Shown: piece by piece, positions 1 through 9,993 of the stretch
How the letters are laid out: the number at the start of each line of letters is the position of its first letter
Position numbering within the stretch: position 1 is the stretch's first letter
Origin: an uncultured Clostridia bacterium
Lineage (GTDB): Bacteria; Bacillota; Clostridia; TANB77; CAG-508
DNA: 42,802 bases
Assembly (NCBI GenBank): GCA_944388625.1
Contig: CALXJM010000002.1
Span: 1-42,802 of the forward strand
Reading direction: 5' to 3'
The notes under the pieces: generated by a model
What the model was told of the DNA's origin: nothing
The model's input: only the letters and a program-made list of their open reading frames with translations
Database searches by the model: none
Made by a program: the position numbers and the translations under genes

Positions 1-23
1 AAGAAAAGAATTAAATAGGAGGA

Positions 24-1118
24 ATGAATCAAATGAAAGCCATTGATAACAAAGAATTAATATTAGCTCTAGAAGAACTAGAAAAAGAAAAGAAAATAAG
101 TAAAACATATATGCTTGAATCTATAGAAACAGCGCTACTTACCGCTTATAGGAGAAATTTTGACCAAGAAGAAAATGTAAAAATCGTAATGGATGAGCAA
201 ACAGGAATTATTCATATTTATGCAACAAAAGAAATAGTAGAAGTAGTAGAAAAGCCAGATTTACAAATTAGCAGAGTGGATGCTATAAAAATAAATAAAG
301 ATTTAAACATTGGAGATAGTGTTGACATAGAAATATTCCCAAAAGATTTTGGGAGAATTGCTGCTCAAACAGCAAAACAAGTTATTATACAAAAAATTAG
401 AGAAGCTGAAAGAAATATTGTATTTTCTGAATATAGTGATAGAAAGGGCGAAATTGTATCAGGAATTATTCAAAAAACAGAAGGATCTGCAATAGTATTA
501 GACCTCGGAAAACTTGAAGGAATTATGCCAATAAAAGAGCAAATGCCAACAGAAAAATATAGAGTCAATGATAAAATAAGAGCATATGTGCTAGATGTTG
601 AAAGAGGACAAAAAGGAAATGTACAAGTAATTGTATCTAGAAGTCATCCGGATTTTGTAAGAAAATTATTTGAATTTGAAATTCCAGAGATATATGAAGG
701 ACTTATTGAGATAAAAAATGTATCTAGAGATGCAGGGTATAGAAGTAAAGTTGCAGTATATTCAAAAAATGAAAATATTGATCCAGTCGGCTCATGTGTA
801 GGACAAAAAGGAATTCGTATTCAAAATATTATTAATGAATTAGGTGGAGAAAAAATTGATGTTATCGAATGGAATGAAGATCCAGCTATTTATATTGCAT
901 CAGCATTGCTTCCAGCACAAGTAATGGCAGTAGATGTAAAAGAAGATGAAAAATTTGCGCAAGTAGTAGTTCCAGATGACCAATTATCTTTAGCAATTGG
1001 AAAATCAGGACAAAATGCAAGGTTAGCAGCAAAACTTACAAATTGGAAAATAGATATAAAGAGTGAGACACAATTTAGAGAAATTTTAGCAAGTAAGCAA
1101 GAAAGTGAAGAAGAATAA
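24..1118 (+). CDS. nusA: Transcription termination/antitermination factor NusA
   Basis: 364 aa. The N-terminal, S1 and tandem KH layout is recognisable (e.g. GxxGxRI-like KH motif VGQKGIRIQNI and IGKSGQNARLA). SD AGGAGG lies upstream. It heads the canonical nusA-ylxR-ylxQ-infB-rbfA order. Confidence 0.95.
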   Translation: MNQMKAIDNKELILALEELEKEKKISKTYMLESIETALLTAYRRNFDQEENVKIVMDEQTGIIHIYATKEIVEVVEKPDLQISRVDAIKINKDLNIGDSVDIEIFPKDFGRIAAQTAKQVIIQKIREAERNIVFSEYSDRKGEIVSGIIQKTEGSAIVLDLGKLEGIMPIKEQMPTEKYRVNDKIRAYVLDVERGQKGNVQVIVSRSHPDFVRKLFEFEIPEIYEGLIEIKNVSRDAGYRSKVAVYSKNENIDPVGSCVGQKGIRIQNIINELGGEKIDVIEWNEDPAIYIASALLPAQVMAVDVKEDEKFAQVVVPDDQLSLAIGKSGQNARLAAKLTNWKIDIKSETQFREILASKQESEEE

Positions 1119-1132
1119 TTAGGAGGAAAAAT

Positions 1133-1393
1133 TTGAAAAAAATTCCACAAAGAACCTGTATGGGGTGTAACACAAAAAAAGATAAAAAAGAATTAATTCG
1201 AATTGTAAAAAAACAAGATGGAAAAATACAATTGGATAAAACAGGAAAGATAGCTGGACGAGGTGCATATATTTGTGATAATGTACAATGTTTAGAAAAA
1301 GTAATAAAAAGCAAAAGATTAGACAAAATCTTTCAATGTAAAATAGAAGATGAAGTATACCAAAACTTAAGAGGTGTGATGATTGATAGATAA
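1133..1393 (+). CDS. ylxR: YlxR/DUF448 family RNA-binding protein (RnpM-like)
   Basis: 86 aa with a TTG start 6 nt after AGGAGG. N-terminal PQRTCMGCN motif and GRGAYIC motif are typical of DUF448. It sits in the conserved position between nusA and infB. Confidence 0.85.
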   Translation: MKKIPQRTCMGCNTKKDKKELIRIVKKQDGKIQLDKTGKIAGRGAYICDNVQCLEKVIKSKRLDKIFQCKIEDEVYQNLRGVMIDR

Positions 1394-1706
1394 AGAAAAG
1401 ATTATGGGGCTTATTGGTTTATCGATGAAAGCCGGCAAAGTAATTTTTGGTACAGAGACAGTGCGAGAAGCCGCGGAAAGAAAAAAGATAAAATTAATAA
1501 TTGTAGCGGAAGATGCTGCAGACAGAACAATACTAAATTTTAAAAAAATAGCAGAAAAGCAAAAAATATTATTTATTACCTGGGGAACTGAGCAAGAACT
1601 GAGTAAAGCTATTGGTAAAGAAAACAAAGTAATTATTGGAATAAAAGATAAAAATTTAGCAAATGCAATTATTAAAAGAATTTATGGGGGTGATACTATT
1701 GGGTAA
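1383..1706 (+). CDS. ylxQ: L7Ae/L30e-family ribosome-associated protein YlxQ
   Basis: 107 aa, overlaps the ylxR stop by 11 nt. The L7Ae-like core ([15 protein letters not shown]...KLIIVAEDA) and the conserved position immediately upstream of infB support the call. Confidence 0.8.
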   Translation: MIDKEKIMGLIGLSMKAGKVIFGTETVREAAERKKIKLIIVAEDAADRTILNFKKIAEKQKILFITWGTEQELSKAIGKENKVIIGIKDKNLANAIIKRIYGGDTIG

Positions 1707-4683
1707 AATAAAAATACATGAATTAGCCAAAAAATTAAACTTAAATAGTAAAGAGGTATTGGCAAAAGCGCAGGAATTAAATATCAATGTAAAAAGTCAT
1801 TTGAGCAGTGTAGACGAGGCAGATTGCGCAAAAATAGAAGCCTCCTATAATGTTCCTAAAACAACTACAAAAGAAGTATCTAAAGAATTACCAGAAACTA
1901 AAAAAGCAAAAGAAACAAAAATAGAAAAGACTTCTGGCCCAGTTATTATAAGAAGAGAAGTTATTATTAGTAAAGAAGAACAAGAAAAACAAAAAGAAGA
2001 AGAAAAAAGAAAAAATGAGCAAAGACATAATGGAAATGTTGGTTTTGTTGAGAATCAGAGAAAAAAAGATTTTAATATCGTATATAGAAATAAACAAACT
2101 AAACCATTAACAGTTAATGAATTGTTTGGAATTGGAATAAAAGAAAGTAAAAAGGAAGAGACACGCCAAGAAGTGAAAAAAACAGAAAAAATTGAGGAAA
2201 AATTTGATATGCCAAAAGTAGAAAGTGCAAAAAAGGAAGCAGAAGTAAGAATTGTAGCAAAAAATAAAAACGAGAGTTTTGAAATCAAAACAGAAAGTAA
2301 ACCAGAAATCAAAACTGCTAATAATTTTAAAAAAGAAAATTTAAATAATTATAATAAAAATAACAAAGCATCAGGATATAGAAATCATAATTCAAATAGT
2401 AATTATAAAAATGAACAAAATAATTATTCATATAATAATGGTTATCGAAACAATAGGCAGAATAATGTTCAAAGTGGAAATTACAAAAACAATAATTTTA
2501 GAAATAATAATCAAAATAACAGAAATAATAATTATAAGGACAATACACAAAATAAAAGCTTTGGAAATAATAACAATACCTATGGAAACAATCGTAGACC
2601 TCTAGATGACAAAGGAATTGAAAAGAATATAAAGAATATTATGGCTGTAGATATTGCAGAAAAAGAAAATGTTAGAGAATATTCTAATAAAGCAATTGAT
2701 AAACAAAAAAGCAATCGAGCAGAAGAAGCAAAGACAAAAAAACAAAATAAAAGTAGAAGAAACAATGAGTTTGATACTGGAAAATTGAAAAGCTTAAAAC
2801 AAGAAAGCAAATTATCACATATGTTTAATGAAGGTTCTATGCTTGACTACTATGATCTAAGTAGTAATAAAGAAAGAAAAAACAAAAAGAAAAATCAGAA
2901 AGTAGAAGAACCAGTAAAACAAAAAATATTTAAATTAACTGATATTACAATTCCAGAAACAATTACAGTAAAAGATTTAGCAGCCGAATTAAAAAAGACA
3001 AGCGGAGAAGTAATAAAAAAACTATTGAGTTATGGAACATTAGCAACCATCAATAATGAAGTAGATTTTGATACGGCATTTCTAATAGCGGAAGAATTTG
3101 GAATTACAGCACATAAAAAAGAAATAATAACAGAAGAAGACATTTTATTTGATGATAGCGAAGATAAACCAGAAGAGCTAGAACCAAGACCACCAGTTAT
3201 AGTGGTAATGGGGCATGTTGATCATGGAAAAACTTCTTTACTAGATGCTGTAAGATCAACAAACGTAATAGAAGGAGAAGCTGGAGGAATTACACAGCAT
3301 ATTGGTGCTTATAAAGTAGAAATTAATGGTAGAGAAATTACATTTTTAGATACTCCTGGACACGAAGCATTTACAAGTATGCGTGCAAGAGGAGCACAAA
3401 TAACAGATATAGCTATTTTAGTAGTAGCAGCTAATGATGGTGTTATGCCACAAACGGTAGAAGCCATCAATCATGCAAAAGCAGCTAATATTCCAATTAT
3501 TGTAGCAATTAATAAAATGGACTTAGAAGGAGCAAATCCAGAGAAAATAAAACAAGATTTGACAGAATATGGTCTAGTTCCAGAAGAATGGGGCGGAGAT
3601 ACAATTTATGTACCAATATCTGCTAAAAAACATGAAAATATAGATACTTTGCTTGAAATGGTATTACTAGTAGCTGATATGAAAGAATTAAAAGCAAACC
3701 CTAATAAACAGGCAAAAGGAGTCGTTATTGAAGCAAGATTAGATAGAGCTAGAGGACCAATTGCTACTATGTTAGTACAAAGAGGAACATTAGATGTAGG
3801 AGATACAATTGTTGTTGGATCCGTTATTGGAAGAATTAGAACAATGAAAAATGATAAAGGTCAAAATGTAAAAAAAGCAGGACCATCTACACCAGTAGAA
3901 ATTACAGGTTTAACAGAAGTACCAGAAGCAGGAGAAATTTTCTATGAAGTAGAAGATGAAAAAACAGCAAAGCATTTGATAGAAAAGAGGAAACGTCAAG
4001 CACGTGATAGAATATTAAGTTTAAATTCAACAGTAACTTTAGATGATTTATTTAATCAAATTGAAAAAGGTAATTTGAAACAATTGAATTTAATTGTAAA
4101 AGCGGATGTACAAGGATCTGTTGAAGCAGTAAAACAATCATTGGAAAAATTGTCAGATGAGAAAGTGAAAGTATCTGTAATTCATGCTAATGTTGGTGGA
4201 GTTACAGAATCAGATGTAACTCTTGCTAAAGTATCTAAAGCTATTATTATTGCATTTAATGTAAGGCCTGAACTCAGAGCAAAACAAATGGCAGAAAAAG
4301 AGGAAGTAGAAATAAAAACATATTCTGTTATTTATAATGCAATAGAAGATATTAAAGCTGCTATGAAAGGAATGCTAGATCCGATTTATAAAGAAACAAT
4401 TATAGGAAATGCAGAAGTAAGGCAAATATTTAAAGTATCCAATGTAGGAACAATTGCTGGATGTTATGTAACTGATGGAAAAATTACAAGACATTCAATT
4501 GTAAGAGTAATTCGTGACAACATTGTTATTAGTGAAGGCAAAATAGCTTCCTTAAAAAGATTCAAAGAAGATGTAAAAGAAGTCACAAAAGAGTTTGAAT
4601 GTGGTATTCAAATTGAAAATTGCAATGACATTAAAGAAGGAGACATCATAGAAGCTCATATTATGGAAGAAGTTAAAGGATAG
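1699..4683 (+). CDS. infB: Translation initiation factor IF-2
   Basis: G-domain motifs [13 protein letters not shown] and NKMD, followed by the IF-2 C-terminal domains. The longest ORF starts at ATG 1663, but TTG 1699 sits 8 nt after the SD-like GGGGGTGAT and gives [14 protein letters not shown], a typical IF-2 N-terminus. The start is therefore uncertain (1663, 1684 or 1699). Confidence 0.93.
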   Translation: MGKIKIHELAKKLNLNSKEVLAKAQELNINVKSHLSSVDEADCAKIEASYNVPKTTTKEVSKELPETKKAKETKIEKTSGPVIIRREVIISKEEQEKQKEEEKRKNEQRHNGNVGFVENQRKKDFNIVYRNKQTKPLTVNELFGIGIKESKKEETRQEVKKTEKIEEKFDMPKVESAKKEAEVRIVAKNKNESFEIKTESKPEIKTANNFKKENLNNYNKNNKASGYRNHNSNSNYKNEQNNYSYNNGYRNNRQNNVQSGNYKNNNFRNNNQNNRNNNYKDNTQNKSFGNNNNTYGNNRRPLDDKGIEKNIKNIMAVDIAEKENVREYSNKAIDKQKSNRAEEAKTKKQNKSRRNNEFDTGKLKSLKQESKLSHMFNEGSMLDYYDLSSNKERKNKKKNQKVEEPVKQKIFKLTDITIPETITVKDLAAELKKTSGEVIKKLLSYGTLATINNEVDFDTAFLIAEEFGITAHKKEIITEEDILFDDSEDKPEELEPRPPVIVVMGHVDHGKTSLLDAVRSTNVIEGEAGGITQHIGAYKVEINGREITFLDTPGHEAFTSMRARGAQITDIAILVVAANDGVMPQTVEAINHAKAANIPIIVAINKMDLEGANPEKIKQDLTEYGLVPEEWGGDTIYVPISAKKHENIDTLLEMVLLVADMKELKANPNKQAKGVVIEARLDRARGPIATMLVQRGTLDVGDTIVVGSVIGRIRTMKNDKGQNVKKAGPSTPVEITGLTEVPEAGEIFYEVEDEKTAKHLIEKRKRQARDRILSLNSTVTLDDLFNQIEKGNLKQLNLIVKADVQGSVEAVKQSLEKLSDEKVKVSVIHANVGGVTESDVTLAKVSKAIIIAFNVRPELRAKQMAEKEEVEIKTYSVIYNAIEDIKAAMKGMLDPIYKETIIGNAEVRQIFKVSNVGTIAGCYVTDGKITRHSIVRVIRDNIVISEGKIASLKRFKEDVKEVTKEFECGIQIENCNDIKEGDIIEAHIMEEVKG
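2320..2601 (+). repeat. Asn-rich low-complexity coding tract inside the infB N-terminal region
   Basis: Read directly from the sequence. About 41 of 94 codons are Asn (AAT/AAC), interspersed with Tyr, Arg, Lys and Gln, and there are no stops in the infB frame. Confidence 0.85.
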
Positions 4684-4695
4684 ATAGGTGAGTAT

Positions 4696-5067
4696 ATGCC
4701 AAAAGGAAATAATAACAAATTAAATAGAATTGATGAGGAATTAAAAAAGGAGCTCAGTAATATAATTAATTATGATTTAAAAAATCCTAAAATAACAGGA
4801 CTAATTAGTATAACTGATGTAAAAACAACTCCAGATTTAAGATTTTGTAGGGTATATGTAAGCATTTTAAATGCCAAAAATACAAAAGCGACTTTATCAA
4901 ATTTAAAAAAATCAACCGGATTTATTAGAACAGAAATCGCAAAAAGAATTAATTTAAGAACAACACCAGAATTCATATTTATATTGGATGAAACTATGGA
5001 ATATGGAGCAAAAATCGATGCCATTTTAGGAAAAATTATGAAGGACGCAAAACCTTTAGATAAATAA
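4696..5067 (+). CDS. rbfA: Ribosome-binding factor A
   Basis: 123 aa. The N-terminal RIDEELKKELSNII and the following V-rich core are typical of RbfA, and it sits directly after infB. Confidence 0.9.
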   Translation: MPKGNNNKLNRIDEELKKELSNIINYDLKNPKITGLISITDVKTTPDLRFCRVYVSILNAKNTKATLSNLKKSTGFIRTEIAKRINLRTTPEFIFILDETMEYGAKIDAILGKIMKDAKPLDK

Positions 5068-5088
5068 ATTCAAAAAGGGGAAAAACGA

Positions 5089-6042
5089 ATGATATTAGAT
5101 AATATAAAACAAGAAATTGAAAAAGCTAATACGATTGTATTATTAACTCATGAAGTGCCAGATGGAGATGCTATAGGAAGCAGTTTAGCTATGTATATAG
5201 CGTTAAAGAGAAGCGGAAAACAAGTTGACTTAATTATAGAAAATTGTCCAAGAGTGTATAATTTTTTACCATGCGCAAAGGAAATGAAAGAAAAAAGTGA
5301 AATAGAACAATATGACTTGGCAATAGCACTCGACTGCTCTGACATAAAAAGGCTAAATGGATTTGCGGCATATTTTGAAAAAGCGAAAACCAGAATTGTT
5401 ATTGATCATCATGGAAGTAATACTATGTTTGGAGATTATAATTTTGTAAACCCAGCATCACCAGCATGTGCACAGATATTAGTGACTGTTTTAGAATATA
5501 TTGGTATAGAAATAGATAAAGAAATTGGAACATGTCTTCTAGCAGGAATTATAACTGATACAGGTGGATTTAAATATACAAATGTAACGGCAGAAACTTT
5601 TGAATTTGTAGCAGATTTATTAAATAAAGGCGTAAATGTTTCAGAAGTATATAAAAGGGTTTTGCAAATTGTATCAAGAGCTAGCTTTGAGCTAAGAAGA
5701 ATTGCTATGAACAGATTAGAACTATTGGAAGATGGAAAAATTACTTTTACTTATATTACTTTAGATGATATGCAAAAATCGAATGCAGAATTAGGTGATC
5801 ATGAGGGAATTGTAGAACAAGGAAGAGATATTGAAGGTGTTGAAGTTTGCGTATTTTTAAGAGAAACCGAAAAAGGTGACTATAAAGTATCGATGCGTTC
5901 GAACGAATATGTTAATGTAGCAGATATATGCTTAATGTTTGGAGGTGGAGGACATCCAAAGGCAGCTGGTTGCAATATTAACTTGCCTTTAGAACAAGCA
6001 AAGGAAAAAATTTTAGCACAAATTAAGCCATATCTTAAATGA
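5089..6042 (+). CDS. nrnA: DHH/DHHA1 phosphoesterase (NrnA-like nanoRNase/pAp phosphatase)
   Basis: 317 aa with DHH-family motifs PDGDAIGS, DCSD, IDHHG and the DHHA1 motif GGGGH. Confidence 0.85.
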   Translation: MILDNIKQEIEKANTIVLLTHEVPDGDAIGSSLAMYIALKRSGKQVDLIIENCPRVYNFLPCAKEMKEKSEIEQYDLAIALDCSDIKRLNGFAAYFEKAKTRIVIDHHGSNTMFGDYNFVNPASPACAQILVTVLEYIGIEIDKEIGTCLLAGIITDTGGFKYTNVTAETFEFVADLLNKGVNVSEVYKRVLQIVSRASFELRRIAMNRLELLEDGKITFTYITLDDMQKSNAELGDHEGIVEQGRDIEGVEVCVFLRETEKGDYKVSMRSNEYVNVADICLMFGGGGHPKAAGCNINLPLEQAKEKILAQIKPYLK

Positions 6043-6073
6043 AATATAGAAAACTTAATTTTGTTATAAAGTG

Positions 6074-6116
6074 AAAAGTCAAAATGGATGAAGTATGTTC
6101 ATTTTGACTTTTATTA
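6074..6116 (+). terminator. Intrinsic terminator after nrnA
   Basis: Perfect 12-13 bp stem (AAAGTCAAAATG 6075-6086 pairs with CATTTTGACTTT 6100-6111), followed by a T-rich tail. Confidence 0.75.
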
Positions 6117-6202
6117 TCTAAGATAATAAGGTCTTGTAGTATCTGCGCACATTTTTAGATTATCTATATTAGTTATTATATTCAGAAAGAAAGGAATTAT
6201 AT

Positions 6203-7090
6203 ATGAATGGAATTATAATTATAGACAAACCTAAGGGAATTACTTCTCACGATGTAGTGAGTAAAATACGCAAACTTTACCATATCAAAAAAGTAGGACA
6301 TACTGGAACATTGGACCCGAATGCTACCGGTGTTTTACCAATACTAATAGGAAATGCTACAAAACTGTCAAAATATTTAACTGAGCATGACAAGACATAT
6401 ATAGCAACAATTAAGTTAGGAGAACAAACTGATACATTAGACTCAGAAGGTGTAATTATAAAAAAAAGCAAAGTAGATGAAAAAAATATGCAAAAAGGTC
6501 GAATAAAAGAGATTTTGCAAAACTTTTTAGGCAAGCAAGCACAACAGCCTCCTATATACTCTGCTATTAAAGTAAATGGAAAAAAATTATATGAATATGC
6601 AAGGAATGGAATAGATGTAGAAATACCTAAAAGAGAAATTGAAATTTATAAGATTAATTTGGAAAGTATAAATAAAAAAGAAAGAGAAATTATAATTAAA
6701 GTACAATGTTCTAAAGGTACATATATAAGAACACTGTGTAAAGACATAGCGGAAAAATTAGAAACAGTAGGTTATATGAAAGAACTAAGAAGAATAAGTG
6801 TAAATAATTTTAATATAGACAATGCTATAGATATAGAAAAACTTGAAAAAAATAAAGATAATCAATTATTTTTAGATATGCAAATAATAGCAATGGAAAA
6901 AATATTTACAAACTTTCCTAAAATAGAATTAGAACAGAAAAAGCTAGAAGCTTTATTAAATGGAGTAAAACTAACATATTTAAAACCTGATGGACTGTAC
7001 AAAATATATAATAAAAATAAAATTTTTCAGGGGTTTGGAATAATAGAAAATCATTTATTAAAAAGAGATGTTATGGAGGAACAAGTATAA
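6203..7090 (+). CDS. truB: tRNA pseudouridine-55 synthase TruB
   Basis: 295 aa. The catalytic-Asp motif HTGTLDPNATGVLPI is present, and the position after rbfA/nrnA is canonical. Confidence 0.93.
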   Translation: MNGIIIIDKPKGITSHDVVSKIRKLYHIKKVGHTGTLDPNATGVLPILIGNATKLSKYLTEHDKTYIATIKLGEQTDTLDSEGVIIKKSKVDEKNMQKGRIKEILQNFLGKQAQQPPIYSAIKVNGKKLYEYARNGIDVEIPKREIEIYKINLESINKKEREIIIKVQCSKGTYIRTLCKDIAEKLETVGYMKELRRISVNNFNIDNAIDIEKLEKNKDNQLFLDMQIIAMEKIFTNFPKIELEQKKLEALLNGVKLTYLKPDGLYKIYNKNKIFQGFGIIENHLLKRDVMEEQV

Positions 7091-7104
7091 AGAAAATGGC
7101 GAAC

Positions 7105-7133
7105 TTTACATAAATATACAAATATGCTATAAT
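7105..7133 (+). promoter_or_regulatory. Near-consensus sigma-70-type promoter for the orphan ORF
   Basis: TTTACA (7105-7110), 17-nt spacer, extended -10 TGcTATAAT (7125-7133). SD AGGAGGG (7152-7158) lies ~10 nt before the ATG at 7169. Confidence 0.6.
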
Positions 7134-7168
7134 AAAAATGAATAAACATTTAGGAGGGAAGACTACAA

Positions 7169-7633
7169 ATGAAACGGGGACTACTTACTTTTTTGCTCAA
7201 GGCATTTGGGTATGATTTCGTGGTTGATGTAATTCGGCAACGTGTTGTCGATTGTGACAATTACAAATTGTACCAATGGCCAGATGGTGGCATTGCCATC
7301 TACACCCCTGCAGGACGAAGACTAATTCGGCAACGATTTGATGAGGTAATACCCATTATTCCCATCGGCATTATTCTGGTGAGACGCCGTTTCTTGTGGG
7401 GCGCGATAAACCTACAAGGAGCAAGTGTTCTCAAAGTAGAATGGGCGAGCATTGGTACCCAGAATGGGTACCTAATTGCACAAGAGTCAAGCAGGCGTGG
7501 ATATGTTGGAGTTTATGATACCTTGGGTGAAACCGTAGTAGAACCCAATGCATACTGCAACATAGAAATAACTATTGATAACTCCATAATCTGCACAACA
7601 GATTATGGACGAAAGCTACGTTTCCAGCGTTAG
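7169..7633 (+). CDS. Hypothetical protein with three WG-like repeats, compositionally foreign
   Basis: Uninterrupted 154-codon ORF with an SD, its own promoter and its own terminator. Hand count gives ~199 G+C in 452 nt (~44%) against 27-28% in the adjacent truB and ispG segments. 12 of 15 Arg codons are CGN. Three ~36-aa repeats resemble the WG/KWG beta-repeat pattern. Confidence 0.75.
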   Translation: MKRGLLTFLLKAFGYDFVVDVIRQRVVDCDNYKLYQWPDGGIAIYTPAGRRLIRQRFDEVIPIIPIGIILVRRRFLWGAINLQGASVLKVEWASIGTQNGYLIAQESSRRGYVGVYDTLGETVVEPNAYCNIEITIDNSIICTTDYGRKLRFQR

Positions 7634-7641
7634 TTTTCCCG

Positions 7642-7675
7642 AGAGGAGATAGAAAAATTCTGTCTCCTTTTTCTA
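7642..7675 (+). terminator. Intrinsic terminator of the orphan ORF
   Basis: GGAGATAG (7645-7652) pairs with CTGTCTCC (7660-7667) with one G-U pair and a 7-nt loop. TTTTTCT follows, starting 12 nt after the TAG stop. Confidence 0.7.
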
Positions 7676-7712
7676 TACAATAAGGTTAGGTTTCTTGGAT
7701 CTTTCTTATATA

Positions 7713-7741
7713 TTGACAAAAACAAAATAATAATATATTCT
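7713..7741 (+). promoter_or_regulatory. Candidate ispG promoter
   Basis: TTGACA (7713-7718), 17 nt, TATTCT (7736-7741). The -10 element is imperfect. Confidence 0.4.
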
Positions 7742-7763
7742 AAAGAAAAAAGGAGAAGATTAT

Positions 7764-8816
7764 ATGGTAAAAAGAAGCAATACCAGACCTATTTTTGTTC
7801 ATGGAGTACAAATTGGAGGACAGAATAAAGTAGTTATACAATCTATGACAAATACAAAAACAAAAGATATAGAAAATACAGTAAAACAAGTATTAGACTT
7901 AGAAAAAGCTGGTTGCGAAATTGTACGTTTTGCTTGCTTAGATGAAGAAGATGCTAAAGCAATTGGAAAAATAAAAAAACAAATTCATATTCCAACAGTA
8001 GCAGATATTCATTTTGACTATAGAATTGCGTTAGAAGCGATTAGAAGTGGAGTGGATAAAATTAGAATTAATCCAGGGAATATTGGAGATGAAAATAGAG
8101 TAAAACAAGTAGTTGATGCCTGCAAAGCAAATAATATTCCAATAAGAATAGGAGTAAATAGTGGCTCCATTCAAAAAGACTTACTTATTAAATATGGAAA
8201 GCCTACTGCTAAAGCTATGGTAGAAAGTGCTAAAATCCATGTAGACATATTAGAAAAACTGAACTTTCAGGATATTGCTATTTCTCTAAAAGCTTCTAAC
8301 TTAGACTTATGTATAGAAGCTTATGAAGAAGCTGCAAAAACATTTTCCTATCCATTACACTTGGGAATTACTCATGCAGGAACAGCATTTAGTGGAACTG
8401 TAAGTTCTAGCATTGGATTGGGAGTTTTGCTAAGACAAGGTATAGGAGATACTATGAGAGTTTCTCTTTCAGCAAACCCAGTAGAAGAGATAAAAGTGGC
8501 AAAAGAAATTTTAAAAGATTGCAATTTATCTTCAAATGAGCCAACTTTAATTGCTTGTCCAACATGTGGTAGATTGCAATATGATTTAATTCCAGTTGCA
8601 CAAGAAATAGAAGACTTCTTACAGACTATCCACAAGCCAATTACAGTGGCTGTTATGGGATGTGGAGTTAATGGACCAGGAGAGGCACGACATGCAGATA
8701 TAGGTATCGCAGGAGGAGTAAAAGAAGGCTTATTATTTAAAAAAGGAGAAATTGTTAAAAAAGTAAAACAAGAAGATATGGTAAAAGTGCTAAAAGAAGA
8801 AATTTTAAAGATGTAA
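7764..8816 (+). CDS. ispG: 4-hydroxy-3-methylbut-2-enyl diphosphate synthase (MEP pathway)
   Basis: 350 aa. [4Fe-4S] ligand motifs ACPTCGR and GCGVNGPGE, plus the N-terminal TIM-barrel region (VQSMTNT). Confidence 0.93.
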   Translation: MVKRSNTRPIFVHGVQIGGQNKVVIQSMTNTKTKDIENTVKQVLDLEKAGCEIVRFACLDEEDAKAIGKIKKQIHIPTVADIHFDYRIALEAIRSGVDKIRINPGNIGDENRVKQVVDACKANNIPIRIGVNSGSIQKDLLIKYGKPTAKAMVESAKIHVDILEKLNFQDIAISLKASNLDLCIEAYEEAAKTFSYPLHLGITHAGTAFSGTVSSSIGLGVLLRQGIGDTMRVSLSANPVEEIKVAKEILKDCNLSSNEPTLIACPTCGRLQYDLIPVAQEIEDFLQTIHKPITVAVMGCGVNGPGEARHADIGIAGGVKEGLLFKKGEIVKKVKQEDMVKVLKEEILKM

Positions 8817-8870
8817 AATATTATAATTATAAAAAATAGCAGAGCATAAAATTGCTCTTATGGAGGTTTT

Positions 8871-9917
8871 ATGGAAAAAGAGAAAATAAGTATAGTAATT
8901 CCGGCATATAATGTAGAAAAATATATAGAACATTGTTTAGAAAGTGTAATTCATCAAACATATAAAAATTTACAAATAATATTAGTTGATGATGGTGCAA
9001 CGGATAAAACAAGCGAAATTTGTGATAGATATGCTAAAATAGATAATAGAATTGAAGTAATACATAAACCAAATGGAGGACTTGCAGATGCTAGAAATAA
9101 AGGTTTAGAAAGAGTAAATGGAGAATATATAGCTTTTCTAGATAGTGATGATTACATTTATCCAACATTTTATGAAGAATTATATGATTTATTAAAAAAA
9201 TATGAAGCAGATATTGCAGAGTGCGATTTCTTAAGAATTGATATAGACAATAAAGAAAAATCAGAGCAACTTATTAGCGAAGAAAATGCCAAAAGAAAAA
9301 TCGAAGAAGAAGTGACTAATAATATAGAAGCATTAAAGTTACTTTATGGAATAAAGTTAGAACCTTATGTAAAAAAAGTAGTAGTGTGGAATAAACTATA
9401 TAAAAGAGAAATATACGAAAAAATAAGATTTCCTTTAGGAAAATTGCACGAAGACGAATACACAACTTACAAGGCATTATTCAATGCAAATAAAATTATT
9501 TCTACAAATAGAGTTTTACATGGATATATGCAAACCAAAAACAGCATTATGAGGCAAGAAATAAAGCAGAAAAGAATTGATGATACTTTAGATGCATATG
9601 TACAAGTAGTAGAATTTTTTAAAAAACAAAACTTACCAGAATTAGAGATGAAAGCAAGAAGAAGATCTTTAGAAAACTGCATTGAATTAGTGGGAAAAAT
9701 TATACAAGGAAATGGAACAAATGCTAAAATGCAAGTAGAAGAAATTTCAAACGTATATAAAAAGAATGGAAAACAATACATTGAATGTTTGAAAAATAGT
9801 GAAATAGACGAAAATGAAAATAAAATTGTACAATTTTTAATAAAAACATATGAAAAAATAGAAGATGGGAAAGTGCTAGATGAAAAAACATGGACACATT
9901 TGCAAAATATGATATAA
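8871..9917 (+). CDS. Family 2 glycosyltransferase (soluble, EpsJ/CpsJ-like)
   Basis: 348 aa. The N-terminal GT-A fold carries the signatures ISIVIPAYNVEKYI, VDDGATD and DSDD. Confidence 0.8.
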   Translation: MEKEKISIVIPAYNVEKYIEHCLESVIHQTYKNLQIILVDDGATDKTSEICDRYAKIDNRIEVIHKPNGGLADARNKGLERVNGEYIAFLDSDDYIYPTFYEELYDLLKKYEADIAECDFLRIDIDNKEKSEQLISEENAKRKIEEEVTNNIEALKLLYGIKLEPYVKKVVVWNKLYKREIYEKIRFPLGKLHEDEYTTYKALFNANKIISTNRVLHGYMQTKNSIMRQEIKQKRIDDTLDAYVQVVEFFKKQNLPELEMKARRRSLENCIELVGKIIQGNGTNAKMQVEEISNVYKKNGKQYIECLKNSEIDENENKIVQFLIKTYEKIEDGKVLDEKTWTHLQNMI

Positions 9918-9957
9918 GATTTAAAAATATTTTGATATGATAATTACACAAAAATCC

Positions 9958-9986
9958 TTGCATTTTTTGCCAAAGTGTAGTAAAAT
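9958..9986 (+). promoter_or_regulatory. rpsO promoter
   Basis: TTGCAT (9958-9963), 17-nt spacer, TAAAAT (9981-9986). Confidence 0.55.
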
Positions 9987-9993
9987 AGTAATG

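Noticed and set aside
2411-2605. 64-aa alternate-frame ORF inside infB.
   Set aside because: It is the frame-shifted reading of the AAT-rich Asn tract (an I/T/K/E-rich product) with no SD. It is a low-complexity artefact.
7169-7633. A GC-rich island in an AT-rich genome could be a large structured ncRNA (OLE/ROOL/GOLLD-like) rather than a gene.
   Set aside because: The region is an uninterrupted 154-codon frame that starts at an ATG ~10 nt after an AGGAGGG SD and stops 12 nt before a terminator. It also encodes an internally repeated protein pattern. An open frame of that length at ~44% GC is very unlikely by chance. An RNA role cannot be formally excluded without covariation analysis.
7091-7763. 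Mobile-element hallmarks around the orphan ORF (inverted repeats, target-site duplication, integrase or transposase remnants).
   Set aside because: Only a 7-nt shared string (TATACAA) occurs in both flanks, which is expected by chance in AT-rich DNA. No recombinase-like coding sequence is present.
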